A stretch of DNA of 64,000 nucleotides, from the NCBI RefSeq assembly GCF_004010195.1, contig NC_057753.1:2519285-2583284 (forward strand), given 5' to 3'. Each line of letters begins with the position of its first letter. Positions within the stretch are counted from its first letter, which is position 1. Source of the DNA: Chiloscyllium plagiosum (taxonomy: Eukaryota). Under the pieces are notes generated by a model. The model saw only the letters and a program-made list of their open reading frames with translations. It ran no database searches and was not told where the DNA came from. Below, one piece after another: positions 49,446-63,423 of this stretch. The translations under genes and the position numbers were made by a program.

Positions 49446-51197
49446 TTCTCTTGGGTAATAAATCAGGCAAGTGACTGAAGTGAAAATCGGGTCCAGGGTC
49501 TATTTTGGTTCTAGTGATCATAATTCTATTTGTTTTATAATGGTTATGGAAAAGCATAAACCTTTCATAGAAGTTAAAGTTTATTTTAATTTGACACAAG
49601 CAAATTTTAATGGTATGAGACAAGGACTTTAAAAAATGATTAGAGTAAACTGTTTGCAGATAAGGGAATGTCTGATAAGTGGTAGGCTTTCAAAGCTGGG
49701 ATAAGACTTGACAGCCATTATGTTACTGCTGGAGTCAAAGTCAAGGCTGGTAGAATTCGAGAACAATGAATGAATAATGAAAGGTTCTCAGCAAGAATAT
49801 GAAAGAATTGTATATCAGACATAACCAACTGGAATAATAAAAAATCTCCTGATGAGTATAAAAAGTGTAGGTACGTTATAAGAAAGAGATCAGGAAGTCA
49901 AAGAGAGTATATGAGATGACCTTAGCAAATAAGATTAAGGATAATCGATGAGTTTCCACAAGTAATTTTAGAGCAACTAGAGACAGTAACGCACCATTAC
50001 AATCAAAAATGTCATCTTTGTGTTGAAACTCAGGCGATGGGTAAGATATCAAATGAATATTTTGCATTTATTTTAACTATGGAGTAAGAAATGGAGGCTA
50101 AAGAACTTGGGAAATAAATATTGCTGTTTCAAAAACTTTTCAAATTACAGAAGAAGAAATGTTTGATGTCTTAGAAAATATAAAGTTGGATAAATATCAG
50201 GACCTGATCTAGTATATTCCAGGACTTTATAGAATCTCTGCAGCGTGGAAACTGGCTTTTCGACCCAACACATCCATATCGACCCTCCGAAGAGTAACCC
50301 ATTCAGAACTATTCTCCAAACCTATTACTCTACATTTACCCCTTACTAATGCATCCTACCGACGCATCCCTGAACACTTTGGGCAATTTAACATCGCCAT
50401 TTCACCTAATTTGCACATTTTTGGATGTGGACAGACTTTGTGGGAACTCGGAGAGGAAATTGCTGAAAATAAAATTGTATCATCTATAAATACGGCGGAG
50501 GTGCTGAATGACTGGATGGTACGTGAATGAAGGAATTAGAGGCATCTGAGCCAAGTGTTGGCAATGAGACTAGATGAATTTAGGATAATTGATCAGCATG
50601 GATGTTTTTGACCAAAGGATCTGTTTCCATGCTGTATATCTCTATTACTGGAGATTGATAATGTTGCTCCTTTGTTGAAGAAAGGATGTAAGGAAACGCT
50701 TGGGAACTATTGACTTATGACTCTGACTTCGGTGGTGGATGAATTGTTGGAAAGATTCCGAATGAAAAGATTCATATGCATTTGGAGAGGCAAGGGATGA
50801 TACGGAATATTCAGCACGGTTTTGCGTGAAGGCCGTCGCATCTCTCAAAATTGATTGATGAAGGAACCAAGAAGACTGGGGGCAGAGCAGGAGGCATTGT
50901 TTATGAAGACTTTAATAAAACTTTTGATAAAGTCCCCCATGGTGACTAATTAGTAAAGTAGGATCACATGGGATTCAGGGTGCGTTTGTCAACTGGATGC
51001 AAAATTGGCTTAATGGCAGGAGATAGAGAGTGATGGCGTATGGGTTTTTTTTTTCGACTGGAAGCCTGTGACCAATAGTGTTCCACAGTGTTCCGAGTTT
51101 TGGTGCTGAGTCCATTTGTCTTTGTCATTTATATGAAAAATTTGGATGAGAATTTAGAAGGCATGGTTAGTAAGTTTGCAGAGGACACCATGATTGA

Positions 51198-51432
51198 CGA
51201 TTTGGAGGAGCCGGTGTTGGACTGGGTTGGACAGAATTAAAAATCACACGTCATCAGGTTATAGTCCAACAGGTTTATTTGCAAGCGCTAGCTCTTGAAG
51301 CGCTGCCACTTCTTCAGGTGGTTGTCGCAATCTGATGAAGAACCACCTGATGAAGGAGCAGTGTTCCAAAAGCTAGTGCTTCTAAGCAAACCTGATGTGC
51401 TATACGTTGTTGTTGGGTGATTTTTAACTTTG
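51198..51432. mobile_element. Palindromic PLE-derived element, family C
   Basis: Imperfect long inverted repeat with an 11-bp TSD acca(t/a)gattga (51187-51197 / 51433-51443), inside a CR1 RT region. It carries the hammerhead-like ctgatgaaggagcagtgttccaaaagcta. A terminal fragment of the same family lies at about 44780-44830. Confidence 0.65.
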
Positions 51433-54400
51433 ACCAAGATTGATGGCAATGTGGATAGTGAAGAAAGTTATCTAAAACTACAAAAAGATCTTGATCAATT
51501 GTGTCAATGGGCTGAAAAGTGGCAGATGGATATAATCTCGATAAATGCAAAGTATTGAATGTTGGTAAAACAAACAGCACTTCTACAATTAAAAGTCGTG
51601 CGTTTTTAGTGTTGTAGAACAAAGAGACCTCGAGATTGAGGTGCATAATTATTTGAAGTTTGTATCACATATAGAAATAAATTGGTTAAGAAGGCATTTA
51701 GCATACTTGCCTTCATTGCTCATCATTTTAGTAAAGGAGTTGGAACATCATATTGAGATTTTACAGGATACTGCTAAGACCAGTTTTGAGATACTGTATC
51801 CAGTTCTGGTCTCCACGTTATTGGAAGAATATTATTAAGCTGGAGAGGGATTAAAAGAGATTTACCAGAATGTTGCCAGGAATGAAAGGTTTGAGTTATA
51901 AGGAGAGGCTGAATAGAACATAAACAATTACAGTGCTGTACAGGCCCTTTAGCCCTCGATGTTGAGCAGACCTGTGGAACCAATCTGAAGCCCATCAATC
52001 CAATAGGCTGGGGTCTTCTTTCCCAGGAAGTTGACGGTTCACCTTGTAGAGGTTTATTAAATAACACAGAGTATAGATAAAGTGAATATCAAGTGTCTTT
52101 TCCCTCGGGTAGATTTCAAGATTAGGGGATATACTTGTAATGTGAGAGGAAAAACATTTCATGAAGACGTGAGGGGCAACTTTTAACAGAAAGTAGTTAT
52201 GTGTGGAATGAACTTCCTGAGGAAGTGACGGATGCAGATACATACAAAAGTCATTTGGATAAGTACAGGAATAAGACATGTTTGGAGGGATATGGACCAG
52301 CGTAGGCTGTGGAACTAGTTTTGTCTGGGATTATGGTCGGCGTGGACTCGTTGAAACGAAGGATCTGTTTCTATGGTCTATGACTCTAAATTCACTGACC
52401 CTAATGCTTTGCACTCTAGGATCCGACAAGAAATAGCTGGAGGGATAGTGGGTGCATTTTCTGTCATTTATCAAAGATGATTGTACTGTGCAAAATCAAC
52501 AAAGGATTTATAAACTGGTAAAGTGACATCTCTTATCAAAAAGTGAGAGTCAATAAGTGAGAGAGGCACAAAGTGGTTAACTCTAGTCCGATTAGACTCA
52601 TATCTATTGTTGAAAAAATATTGCAATCTATTATTAAGGACGTAATAACAACACGTTTGGAAAATCATTACCTGCTCAAGAAAAGCCAGCAAACCTTCAT
52701 GAAAGGGAAATAGCGCCTGGCTCAATTTATTTGAACTTTTCTAGGAAGTCTCAACAATAGAGGAAGCAGATTTTAAGTTATTTTTATACTTCCATAATGC
52801 AACATACCTCATATCAGATAGGAGTAAACTGTGTTTGTGGTCGTGAATTGGCGTGTATAGAGATTTGTCTCATAGCAGGAAATAGCAAGTCGGGATAAGG
52901 GGTTATTTTGCAGCGTATTGAGTCCTGACCAGTGGGATTCCCCGGGATCTGTGTTGGAGCACAACTGTTTAAAATATATTTTTAAAATGTTGAGCAAGTA
53001 GGTGAACTACTGTAGCCAGATTTGAAGATGACATAATAGGTGGGAGGGCGGGTTATGAGAAAGATCCACTTCACAGAGAGAAATGGGTAAGTTAAACAAG
53101 TGGACAAAAAAGTTGACAAATAGAACAGAGAACACAGAACTGTATAGCACAGGAACTGGCCCTTTGACACACGATATTGTGCCAAACGTGACACAAAATT
53201 AAATTAATTCCTTCTGCCTGCCCTTGGCCAAAATTCTTCCATTCCTTGCATATCCATGTGCTTATCTAAAAGTCCCTTTAATGACCCGAACGTATCTGTC
53301 TGCAACCCTGGCAGTGCATTCTAAACTCCTACAACTCTCTGTGTAAAACAAAGTTTGCTCCCCAGATCTCCTTTCGACTTGCCTCCCTCGCCTGAAATGC
53401 ATGGCCACCCTTCCCCTCAACACTCCCACTCCAGTTATATCAGACATTTCAACTCTGGGAAAGATTCTAACCGTCAGTCCTATCTATGCATCTCATAATT
53501 TTATAGACTTCTAGCAAATCTCCACTCAGCCTCTGTCGCTCCAGAGAAAATAACCCATGTATAATTACCCTCTCTTTGCAGCTCACCCTCTAATCCAGGC
53601 AACATTCTGATAAACCTCATCTACACCCTCTCTAAAACCTCCACATCCTTCCTGTAATGTGGTGAGAAGACTTGTATGCAATGCAGAACAATGTGGGAAA
53701 ATTCTTTAGCAGGAAGAGGGCGTTGCTGGCTAAACAGTACTTATTGCCCATCCCCAATGGCCTAGAGGGCAATTGACAGTCAGCCACATTGCAGTGGATC
53801 TGGAGTTACATGGAGAACAAAGCAGGTATGGATGGCAGCATCCTTCTGTAAAGGAAGTTAGTGAACCAGATAGGTCTTTCCAACATTTGGAAATGGGTTT
53901 ATAGTAGTCAGTAGCTCCTTAATTACAGATGTTTATTGCATTTAAATTCCACCTTTTGCCATGGTTGGGCTCGACCCCGAGCCGTCAGAATATTTCTTGT
54001 ATCTCTGGATTAACAGTCTATTGATAATACCACTAGGCCATCACCTCCTTTTCAAAATGCAGCCATTGATTTTGAAAGGGAGTACTAAAGAATATAATTT
54101 TACTTAAATCGAGTAAAACCACAGAAAGTTGCAATTAAAAAGGTACTTACATACAACTAGGATACGCCTGTAGCAGATAATCAGGAAGCCTAATGGAAGA
54201 TTGGCCCTTATTTCAAGGGAGTTGGACGATAACATGAGGTAAATCGTACTGCATTTGTACAATGACCTGGTGAGACCACATCTGGAGTATGTGAGCAGCT
54301 TTTGACCCCTTATTTATGGAAAGATTTAATTTGAACTGAGGTAGTTCAGAGGATTCACATGGATATTGATGCTATGGAGGGATTGTCTTCCGAGCAAAGG

Positions 54401-55629
54401 CTGAACTGGTAGAGACTCTAATCACTAGAGTTTAGAAGAATGAGAGGTCACCTCACAGAAACAGTTTCTTAAGGTGCATAACGTTGAGGTCGTTTCCCCT
54501 CTTGGGAGCGTGTAGGACCAGAGGCATTGTTTTGAAATAAAGGGGTGCCAATTTAAGACTGAGATGTGGAGGAATTTATTCTCTGAGGTTTGAGAGTCCT
54601 TGGGACTCCTTCCGACAGAGAGCAGAGTGACTGTGTGTAATTAAGGCTGAGACAGTTAGATTCTTGATCAGTCAAGGGTTATGGGGAGAGGGCGGGCAAG
54701 TGAGCGTGAGGAATGTTAGATTAGGCATGAGGGACTGAACAGCCTTCTCCCGTTCCTAGTCCTTATATTGTTATCATTGTAGTTTTCCTGAAGGCAGATA
54801 AAGCTCTACTGACTTTTGCTCAATAAAGTGCATTTGCTACTGAAGACTGCTGTCAAGGCTGTTCCAAGTCACCTCAGAATCAAAACAATGCTGAATGTCA
54901 GTGCAGGCTAGGAGCCATTGGGTAGATGTGTAGTCATCGACCTCTCCGTTGACGTGCAATGCATGTTCAGTGGATAGGGAAGGGGTTAGGAGATGATGCG
55001 AGTGTTGGAAAGCGTACATTCTGAAGGAGTCCCACAGTAAAGAGTGGCCATTAATTTACAATTTCCCCATGACATCTTCTGTTTCGTCGGTTTAGATTTT
55101 TCATTTCAAACTGTGGAGCTTTTGCTCTGTGACTTGGTTGTGAAGAGTTTGGAAAAGCCATAGACTCAGCTGCAGTATTGTGTCCAGTTCTGTGGCCTGC
55201 ACTTCAGGAAAGAATCCAAGCACTGGATAGAGTGCAGAATTGTTCTTATTTTTTTCTCTTTAATGACGCTGATTAGGGTCAGCACTTTTTGCCCATCTAC
55301 ACCTGCCCTGGAGATGGTGGCAGGGTGATGTCTTGAACTGTTGTCATCCTTGAGGCGCAGATAAACCTACATTGCTGTGAAGCAGATCCAGAATTTTGAC
55401 CCGGCTATACTGAAGGCATGGTGATATAATTCCAATTCACAGAACTAGTGCAGCACACAAGGAAGCTATCTGGCACATCATGTCTGCACTGGCCGTCAGA
55501 ATGAGAATCTAACCTAGTGCCATTCTCCTTTAACCGTGAACATTGTTCCAGTGAAACGAACAGGTGATTGAAATACCCAGATTGCAGTATGAAGCCTGCG
55601 TTGTCCTGATGGGAGTTGAATTTTGAGGC

Positions 55630-56090
55630 ATGGAGCTATAGAGGTATACAGCACTGAAACAAGCCCTTCAATCCAATTCTTCCATGCCAACCAGGTTTCC
55701 TCAACTGATCTAGTCCCATTTACCTTCGTTTGGCCTAAATCCCAGTAACTCCTTCCAATCCATGTACATGTCCAAATGTTTTCTAAATGTTGCAACTGTA
55801 CCCACTTCGACAATTTCCCCTGGCAACTCACGCCACCCTCGGTATGAAAACGGTGCACCACAAATCCCTTTTAAGTCTTCCCCTGTTGATTTGAAACTAA
55901 TGCCCTCGAGATTTGACTATCTTATCCTGGGGAAAAGACGTTTTCTATTCACCATATCCATGCCGATCCTATTCTGTAAACCACTATAAGGTTAGTCCTC
56001 AGCCTCCTACACTCCAAGAAAAAGTCCCAGCTCATCCAATCTCTTCTTTTCACTCAAACTTTCTAGACTTGGTAACATCTTCGTAAATAC
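55630..56090 (-). mobile_element. CR1 LINE 3' end
   Basis: atagaggtatacagcactgaaacaagcccttc...tccaaatgttttctaaatgttgcaactgtaccc. Confidence 0.78.
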
Positions 56091-57480
56091 TTTTTGTTTT
56101 GCATTGCAATCACTGAATCCCTTATTGTTAACTTCCTGGGGTGTTATTGTTGTTCAGAAAATGCACTGGCCTGACCATATACAGACTGCACAAATCGTGT
56201 CCACTGTCTACAAGACAAAGACAGGAGTGTGATTGAAACTTCCCAAGTTGCCTCGCTCGAGTAACACTCAAGACGCCTGACACCACCCAAGAAAGGAACA
56301 TCTCACTTGATTGGCATCACATGCACACACATCTATTCCCCTCACCACCGATGCACAGTAGTAGTAATGTTGAACATATATAACAAATATATGATGCCTT
56401 GCAGAAATTCAGCAATGTTTTTTAGACAGCATCTTTCAAATACACAACTGCTACCATCTCGATGGACAAAAATAATTGGAACACCATCATTTGCAATGTC
56501 TTCTTTTATGCACTCATTGTTAGTAGACTAATAGGGTACGGAAATGGGTCAGGATGGGTTACTCTTCGGAGGGTCGGTGTGCACTTGTTTGGCAAAATGA
56601 CCTGTTTCAACATTGTAGGGATTCTATGTTTCTATGATTGTCTTAACTTGAAGTTTTATTATTATGTCATCAGTGTCATTGGATTAATATCCTGGAAGTC
56701 CTCTCCTTTCCACTTTAGTCACATCCTTGTTGAGTTTCCTTAGTATTTTTGGAGTTGCACGCATCTTGGTAATTGCAAAGTCTTTCACCACACTCCTGAC
56801 TTGTGCCTTGTAAATAGTCGACAGGTTTTGAGGAGTCAGATTTGAGAATTTGACTCTGCAGAATTTGCATTGTTAGGGTAAATTCCCACAATTTACCTTT
56901 TAGTGAGCTACTTATTAAGAAATCTCACAGCCAAATCAAGTACTGGAATTATAATTAACAACCAAAAATTATACCCGTCAAGTCAGCAAAATTATAAGTC
57001 TGCGACTCAACTTAGCAATTATCTAATGAATAGTGATATCTGGCCAGGACGTCAACCAACAGTAGTCTAACACTCGTGGGGAGGATTCCAGGTTCGATCC
57101 TTGTACAGTGTTGTTCTTCAAAGTTCCGCTGTTTGATTATTATAAAATTGTCGTCCTTTGATCTCTGAAGTGTTACATTGATGTTTCTTTCAATGCCCTA
57201 TCGGCCAAATTACGATGTCTGCAGCCAGTTTCCTTATCAATTTCTTGTTTCTCGTTTCATTTGGCATTGATTGTGTGTCCGAAGCCACAGGCCTCCTGTG
57301 ACTAACTCCTTAAAATCTTCTACAGTATAATACTTGTCTTCTGTGAGAATAAAACATTCAGTTTATCAAGCAGGTGTGAAAGCAGTTTTGTTTATTTGAT
57401 CTTGTCAATATATGGCTAATTGCTTGACTCCCTGTGTTACACTTTGTCTTTGTTTCCTAACAGTTTATTTATTGCTGTGT

Positions 57481-58443
57481 TGTTATGAAGATTTCGGTGT
57501 ACTTTAAAAGAGTTAAAAGCAGCAGAACTAACGGACCACATCAAGTGTTCTCCAAAAGGTAACAATTAGATTACATTACAGTGTGGAAACAGGCCCTTCA
57601 GCCCAACAAGTCCACACCGACCCGCCGAAGCGCAACCCACCCATACCCCTACATTTACCCCTTACTTAACACTACGGGCAATTTAGCATGGCCAATTCAC
57701 CTGACCTGCACATCTTTGGACTGTGGGAGGAAACCGGAGCACCCGGAGGAAACCCACGCAGACACGGGGAGAACGTGCAAACTCCACACAGTCAGTCGCC
57801 TGAGTCGGGAATTGAACCCGGGTCTCCGGCGCTGTGAGGCAGCAGTGCTAACCACTGTGCCACCATGCCGCCACAATGTAACACTTGATCGAACAACTCG
57901 ATTAGCTCGTTGCCTAGAGACAAAAACAAATTCGAATTCGGCGAATGAGTTTAACTTATACCCCGAAAAATACCAAAATCCAATCCAGTTGAATTTAGTA
58001 TCTTGGCAATCTTAAAACTCAATGATACAATCAAATGCTTTGGTGGTATATGACCGGGAAAAATTGAACAGTTGGGAAGAGAACTGTAAAAGACTGCCTG
58101 AAAAATAGCTCTATTAAAAGTACCTTTTTCGATCAGTGACTTGTGAAGTAGAAATTCCGAAGAAGTAGAAAAGAAGAGGAAGATCCAAATAGAAAAACCA
58201 AAACTTCCGAAAGGTTTTGAGATAAGCAGTGCTGTTTTGTAAATCTTAATTGGGGTTTTTATTGGACTCGTATCATAGACAAGAAGGTAAAAGATAGTAA
58301 GGACTTGTACATAGTTCTTAGTTAATTATTCTCTTATACTTTAAGAAATAAAGTTATTAATTTTTACTTTAAATAGTTCTTGGCCACTCGAATTTTTATA
58401 AATTAATTCACGGGATAAATCTTTTCTGTGTTGCTGGTTTTCA
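57481..58443 (+). repeat. 5' LTR of the Gypsy element (interrupted by a SINE)
   Basis: TG start, collinear with 63424-64000, and ends in CA just before the PBS. The end position is approximate. Confidence 0.85.
57567..57872 (-). mobile_element. Full-length, young HE1-type tRNA-derived SINE
   Basis: On the minus strand: A box TGGCACAGTGG, B box GGTTCAATTCC and a CR1-like tail gaagggcctgtttccacactg + aatcta. TSD acaat (57562-66 / 57873-77). Absent from the 3' LTR. Confidence 0.9.
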
Positions 58444-61400
58444 CTTAGGGGCTCGGTTCCGGGATCTGAACTGGTTTGGACAGATTAGAATAGATTTGGG
58501 TGTACGAAAAATCCCAGCAGATTTAAACACTTGCACATTAGTGTCCTATATCTTTAAATAAAACATCAGTGAGTTTTTAAAAAAAATTTCGGTGACTTGT
58601 GGTTAATTAAATTGAAACTGAGAGAAATGGCTCTTAAAATTGCTAAAGAGATTCTGGGATAGGAAGATGATTCACAAATTTGCCAAGAAACTTTGGAAAG
58701 AAAGAAAAAGACCATACTATTAGAATTAGCAAAAAAGTTAGATTTGGGTTTAGCCAAGGATAAAAGTAAAGCTGAAATTGTAAAGGGGTTACTCAAACAC
58801 TTAGGCTTGTCAGAGAAACAGACAAGTGCAGTCGAGGTCGAAAAACTTCAATTACAATTGAGGAAAATGGAGTTAGTAGATAAACAAAGAGAGAGAGGAA
58901 GGAGAGAGGGAGAGAGAAAGGGGACGAGTCCGAGGAGAAAGAGAGAGAAAGGAAAACCAGAGAGAGAAGGTTATTTTTAGCTGAGCAAAGATAGAGAAGA
59001 AAGGGAGAAACAAAAAGAGAGAGAATTTGAACTTGAGAAGTTGCGACTTAGCAAACAAAGTCAAGGAAACACGATGGGGATGAAAAGGCAAGGTAGTGAT
59101 ATATACAATTATGTTAAAAACTCTGTCACATTTTGATGAGAAAAATGTTGAAGCCTTGTTTATTTTATTTGAAAAATTGGCGAGGCAGATGTAGTGGTCC
59201 GAGGATTTATGGGTAATGCTAGTTCAGACTAAACTGGTAGTCAGACCTCGTGAGGTATTTGCCACACTATCAGAGGAGGGGTCACAAGATTTTGAAGGGA
59301 TTAAACAGGCCATTTTAAGTGCTTATAAATTGGTATCAGAAGCATTTGGACAGCGTTTCAAAAACACATAGAAGGAACGAGGTGAGACTTATGTTAAGTT
59401 GAAAATAGATAGGCCATTTGAGGCTCTCAGAGAGATTATTCTGCTGGAGGCGTTTAAGCACTCACTTTCAGAGATGGCAATAATTCACATGGAAGAACAG
59501 AGAGTTCAGGAATTAAGAAGGGCAGCAGAATTACCAGATGAGTACATGTTTGTGCATAAGAAAATCTTCCGGTCACAATTTCATCCTGTGAGGGATAGAA
59601 GTTGGGAGGAGAGGAGATACTACACTACGAAACCAAAAGTAGAGAGCACTGGCACGATTCGCTGACAGGTTAAAGAAGCCCAAGCGGGTGGAAAGGAATT
59701 GAAAGGTCTTGGGTGTATTCACTCAATTCACTTGGGTGTATTGGAGTTGGAGACAGAAAATTACAGTGCCGGTGGTTCAGAAGGGCACTGGGAAAAGGTG
59801 TTTTCACTGTCAGAAGGTGGGACACGTAAGGACACCGTGCTGGTCGTTCAAGAAAGACGCTGTGCGAAAAGATGTGGTAAAAGAAACTAAGCTAGTGGCT
59901 TTTACGAAGGTAACAAAGGAAACCCCAAGTCGAGCCGAGGAGCTGCAGGAGAGTACGCAGTCTGGGCAGGGGCTGGGTATGGAGTTAGTTCCTGATCTAC
60001 AAAGAAGAACAGCCTCTATGAGTTAAGTTTACTAAGAAAGACTGGGGGGAGAAGGACAAACAGTTATAATTTTGAGAGATACAGAATCAAACCAGTCACT
60101 GATAGTAAGGGATGAGAAATTGTGCACTTTTTCTGATCTGTTACCCAAAGGTGTGTTGATTTGTGGGATAGATGAATGGAAAATTAGCGTTCCCCTCTGA
60201 AAGATCAGATAGGACTGTCAACTGAAGACTGGGAAAGTTACAGTCGGAGTGAATGACAGAGTGTCAGTTTGTTCTTAGGATTGATTTGGCGGGATCCAAA
60301 GTGGAGTGACGCCCCTTGTTGTGGACATGTTCCAGGAAGACCAAGGAACTGAGGAGTTCAAACTTTTCACAGGTAACCAGATCCCATTATCATCAGTCAC
60401 GGCACAAACCAAAAAGTAAAGAGAAAGACGAACGAGCAGATGCCCTGTTTGACGTAACGGTGCCGGAAAAACCTGAACATGCAGAGTGTCAGACTGAAGT
60501 GTTTAGTCCTGAAAGGCTAAGAGACTTGCAATGGCAAGACAAGATAACAAAATAAACATATGTGGATGTGTACTCTGAAAAGAAGAATATTCGGGAGGAT
60601 TAATATATGAAGGATAGAATCCTAAGGCAGAAATGGAGACCACGGCCGGTTAGTGCAGAGGAGAAATAGGCCGAAGTGCACTAGATTGTGTTGCCGTTAG
60701 CGCACAGACATGAGGTGTTAAAGGTAGCATATGAACTACCTGTAGGAGGTCACCGAGGGTTAGCAAAAACTCAAGCTAAGCTACAAAAACATTTTTATTG
60801 GCCTGGAGTGCACACAGATATGGTTATTTTTGGCTGTACGTGTCATACATGCCAAATGGTAGGTAAACCACAGGCGGCAATGAAACCCTTTCTTGCCAAT
60901 TCCCACATTTGAAGAATCTTTCACGTAGGTAATAATCGATCATGTAGGTCCCCTCCTGAGAACTAAAAGTGGGAACCAATGCTTGTTAACCATAACGGAT
61001 GTGTCTACCAGATTTCTGGTGGCAATTCTATTATGGAGTATCAAGGCAAAAACTCTAGTAGAGGAGTTAGTGGTTTTCTTTATAGAGCATATGCTACCGA
61101 GAGAGATTCAGTCGGACCAAGGGTCAAATTTTACTGCTAGTCTGTTTAAGGAGGTTATGGATTGCTTAGGAATATGGCACTTTAAATTCAGGCGTGTAAT
61201 CCTGACTCCCAGGCAGCTTTAAAAAGGTGGCATCAGACCTTGAAGACCATGATGAGAGCATACTGTCTGGGTTATCCTAATGATTATCCGTATTATTAGC
61301 CATTAGAGATGCCCCAAACGAATCTACTCAGTTAAGTCCTTTTGAGTTAACATTCGGTCATAAAGTGAGAGACCCTTTGAAATTAATAAAACAAAAATTG

Positions 61401-63423
61401 ACGGACCAAAGTTCGGGATCTCACACCTGCATTATATATCGGAGGTGAGAGAGATTAAACCGAGTAGGTGAGTTACTTAAACAGCACCAAAGGAGGGCAC
61501 GATATTGAACGAAGCAGGTGCCAGATAAAAGCTCTGAGACTCAGACTTTTATTTTTCTCGAGGGGATAATGTGTTAGTACTGTCACCAGTGATGGGAGAT
61601 TCCTTTAAAGCCAGGTTTAGTGGTCCCTATCAAATTGAGAAAAAGTTGAGTCAGGTGAACTGTTTCGTAAATATGCCAGATAGAAAAAAAAGGTATTGGG
61701 TATGTCATATGAACATGATGAAAACGTATTATACTGGACAGAATGAACTAGAGAAACAGATGATAATTACGGAGTCATAGAGTGATGAATCAAATCCAGA
61801 TGACAAGAATTTTGAGATGCCTGAAGCTAGATTAAAAAATAATGAAGACCTTGAGGAGTGGGATATGTTAGTAAGCTATCCATCTCAGGAATATAGAAAG
61901 CAGTTGAAAGATTAGTTACTGCAGTACAAGGACATATGTAAGAATCAGATGGGGAGGACTAATGCTATTGTGCATGAAGTAGATGTAGGAAATGCTGCTC
62001 CAATAAAACAACATCCCTATCGGTTTAAACCTTTCAAAGCCAGACAAGTCCAGATGGAGGTGGAGGCCATGCTCGATGAGGGCATCATCGAACCGTGCCA
62101 GAGTGAGTGGAGTTTGCTGATGGTCTTAGTTCCAAAACTAGACGGGGCTCAACGATTCTGCTTCGATTAGGGGAAAGTCAATGCCGTTACAAAATCGGAC
62201 TCATATCCAATTCCAAGATTGGAGAATTGTATCGAGCAGGTCGGACAAGTCAGTTACGACACCAAGTTCGACTTAATGAGTAGTTACTGGCAGATAACTT
62301 TATCAGAGACAGCGAAAGAAATTTCTGCCTCTGGAACTCAAAATTGGCTATAACAGTTTAAAATGATGCCATTTGGAATAGAAAACCCTCCCGCTGCATT
62401 GCAAAGGCTCATGAACAGAGTTGTGGCTGAGTTAAGAAACTGTGCAGTCTATTTGGATTGTGTAGTCGTCTTTACTAAGTCCTGGAAATATCACATGGTA
62501 CAGTTGGCAGTGCTCTTCGAATGTCTACGAGAGGCAAAACTGGCGATAAATTTAAATAAAACGGAATTCCCGAAAGCAAAGGCGATATTCTTGGGATGTA
62601 ACATCGGTCATGGAAGGTTGACCACACCGAACGCAAAGATGAAGGCCATCGAGGAATTTCCCTGACTAACCTCGAAGAAAGAGCTGCTCTGATTCTTCAG
62701 ACTCTATCCAAAGTTTGTTCTAAACTTCAGCAGTGTAGTGGCACCGTTAACTGATTTGCTGGAGAAGAACACAAAGTTTTGATGGACAGAACAATGCCAG
62801 GATGCATTCGAACTTTTGAAATCGATATTAACCACCAAACCAATTTTTAGCGACACCAAACATTTCAAAACATTGAAAGTCGCTATTGATTCTAGTTACA
62901 TAAGAGTTGGAGCTGTACTCCTCCAGGAAGATGAGGATGGGATTGAACTGACAATTGGTTACTTTTTGAAGAAGATCAACATCCATCAGAGAAAATATTC
63001 CACTGTTGAAAAGGGACGATTGAGTTTGGTACCGGCGTTACAACATTTTAATGTGTATGCTACGAACAATGTGTCAGAGACAGTTGTGCACACTGGCCTC
63101 AATACTCTTCCATTCATAGAACATTTTAAAGATAAGAAGATGATACTATTTCATTGGTGTCTTTTGTTACAGGCTTTTAATTTAAAAATCAAACATGTTG
63201 CGGGTTGGAAGAATATAATCGCAGATGTGTTTTCACCGATTTAACTGACAGAGTTCAGATGAGATTTGTCTTTATTTAATGTAAAATATACCCGTATATG
63301 TGAAGAAGTTAAGGTGAAGTGATCTTAATGTTTTTCTATGTTAGGGTATTGTGTTTTAAATAGTAGGGGAAAAATGAAGCCATCTTTTCATTATGATGGT
63401 TCATTTTTTTCTTAAGGGGGAAG

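Larger units (their letters stand above)
45962..54770 (+). mobile_element. Stack of several decayed, nested CR1 LINE copies (mostly + strand; minus copy at about 53120-53685)
   Basis: Repeated ORF1 esterase (MNVWLRIWCRAEGFTFLDH..FWGR), APE (GDFNFPNIDW) and RT/3'-end motifs, interrupted by SINEs and PLE-derived elements. Internal boundaries are approximate. Confidence 0.85.

Noticed and set aside
57800-57872. tRNA-like A/B boxes as a tRNA gene
   Set aside because: It is the head of an HE1-type SINE, continuous with the SINE body and LINE-like tail.
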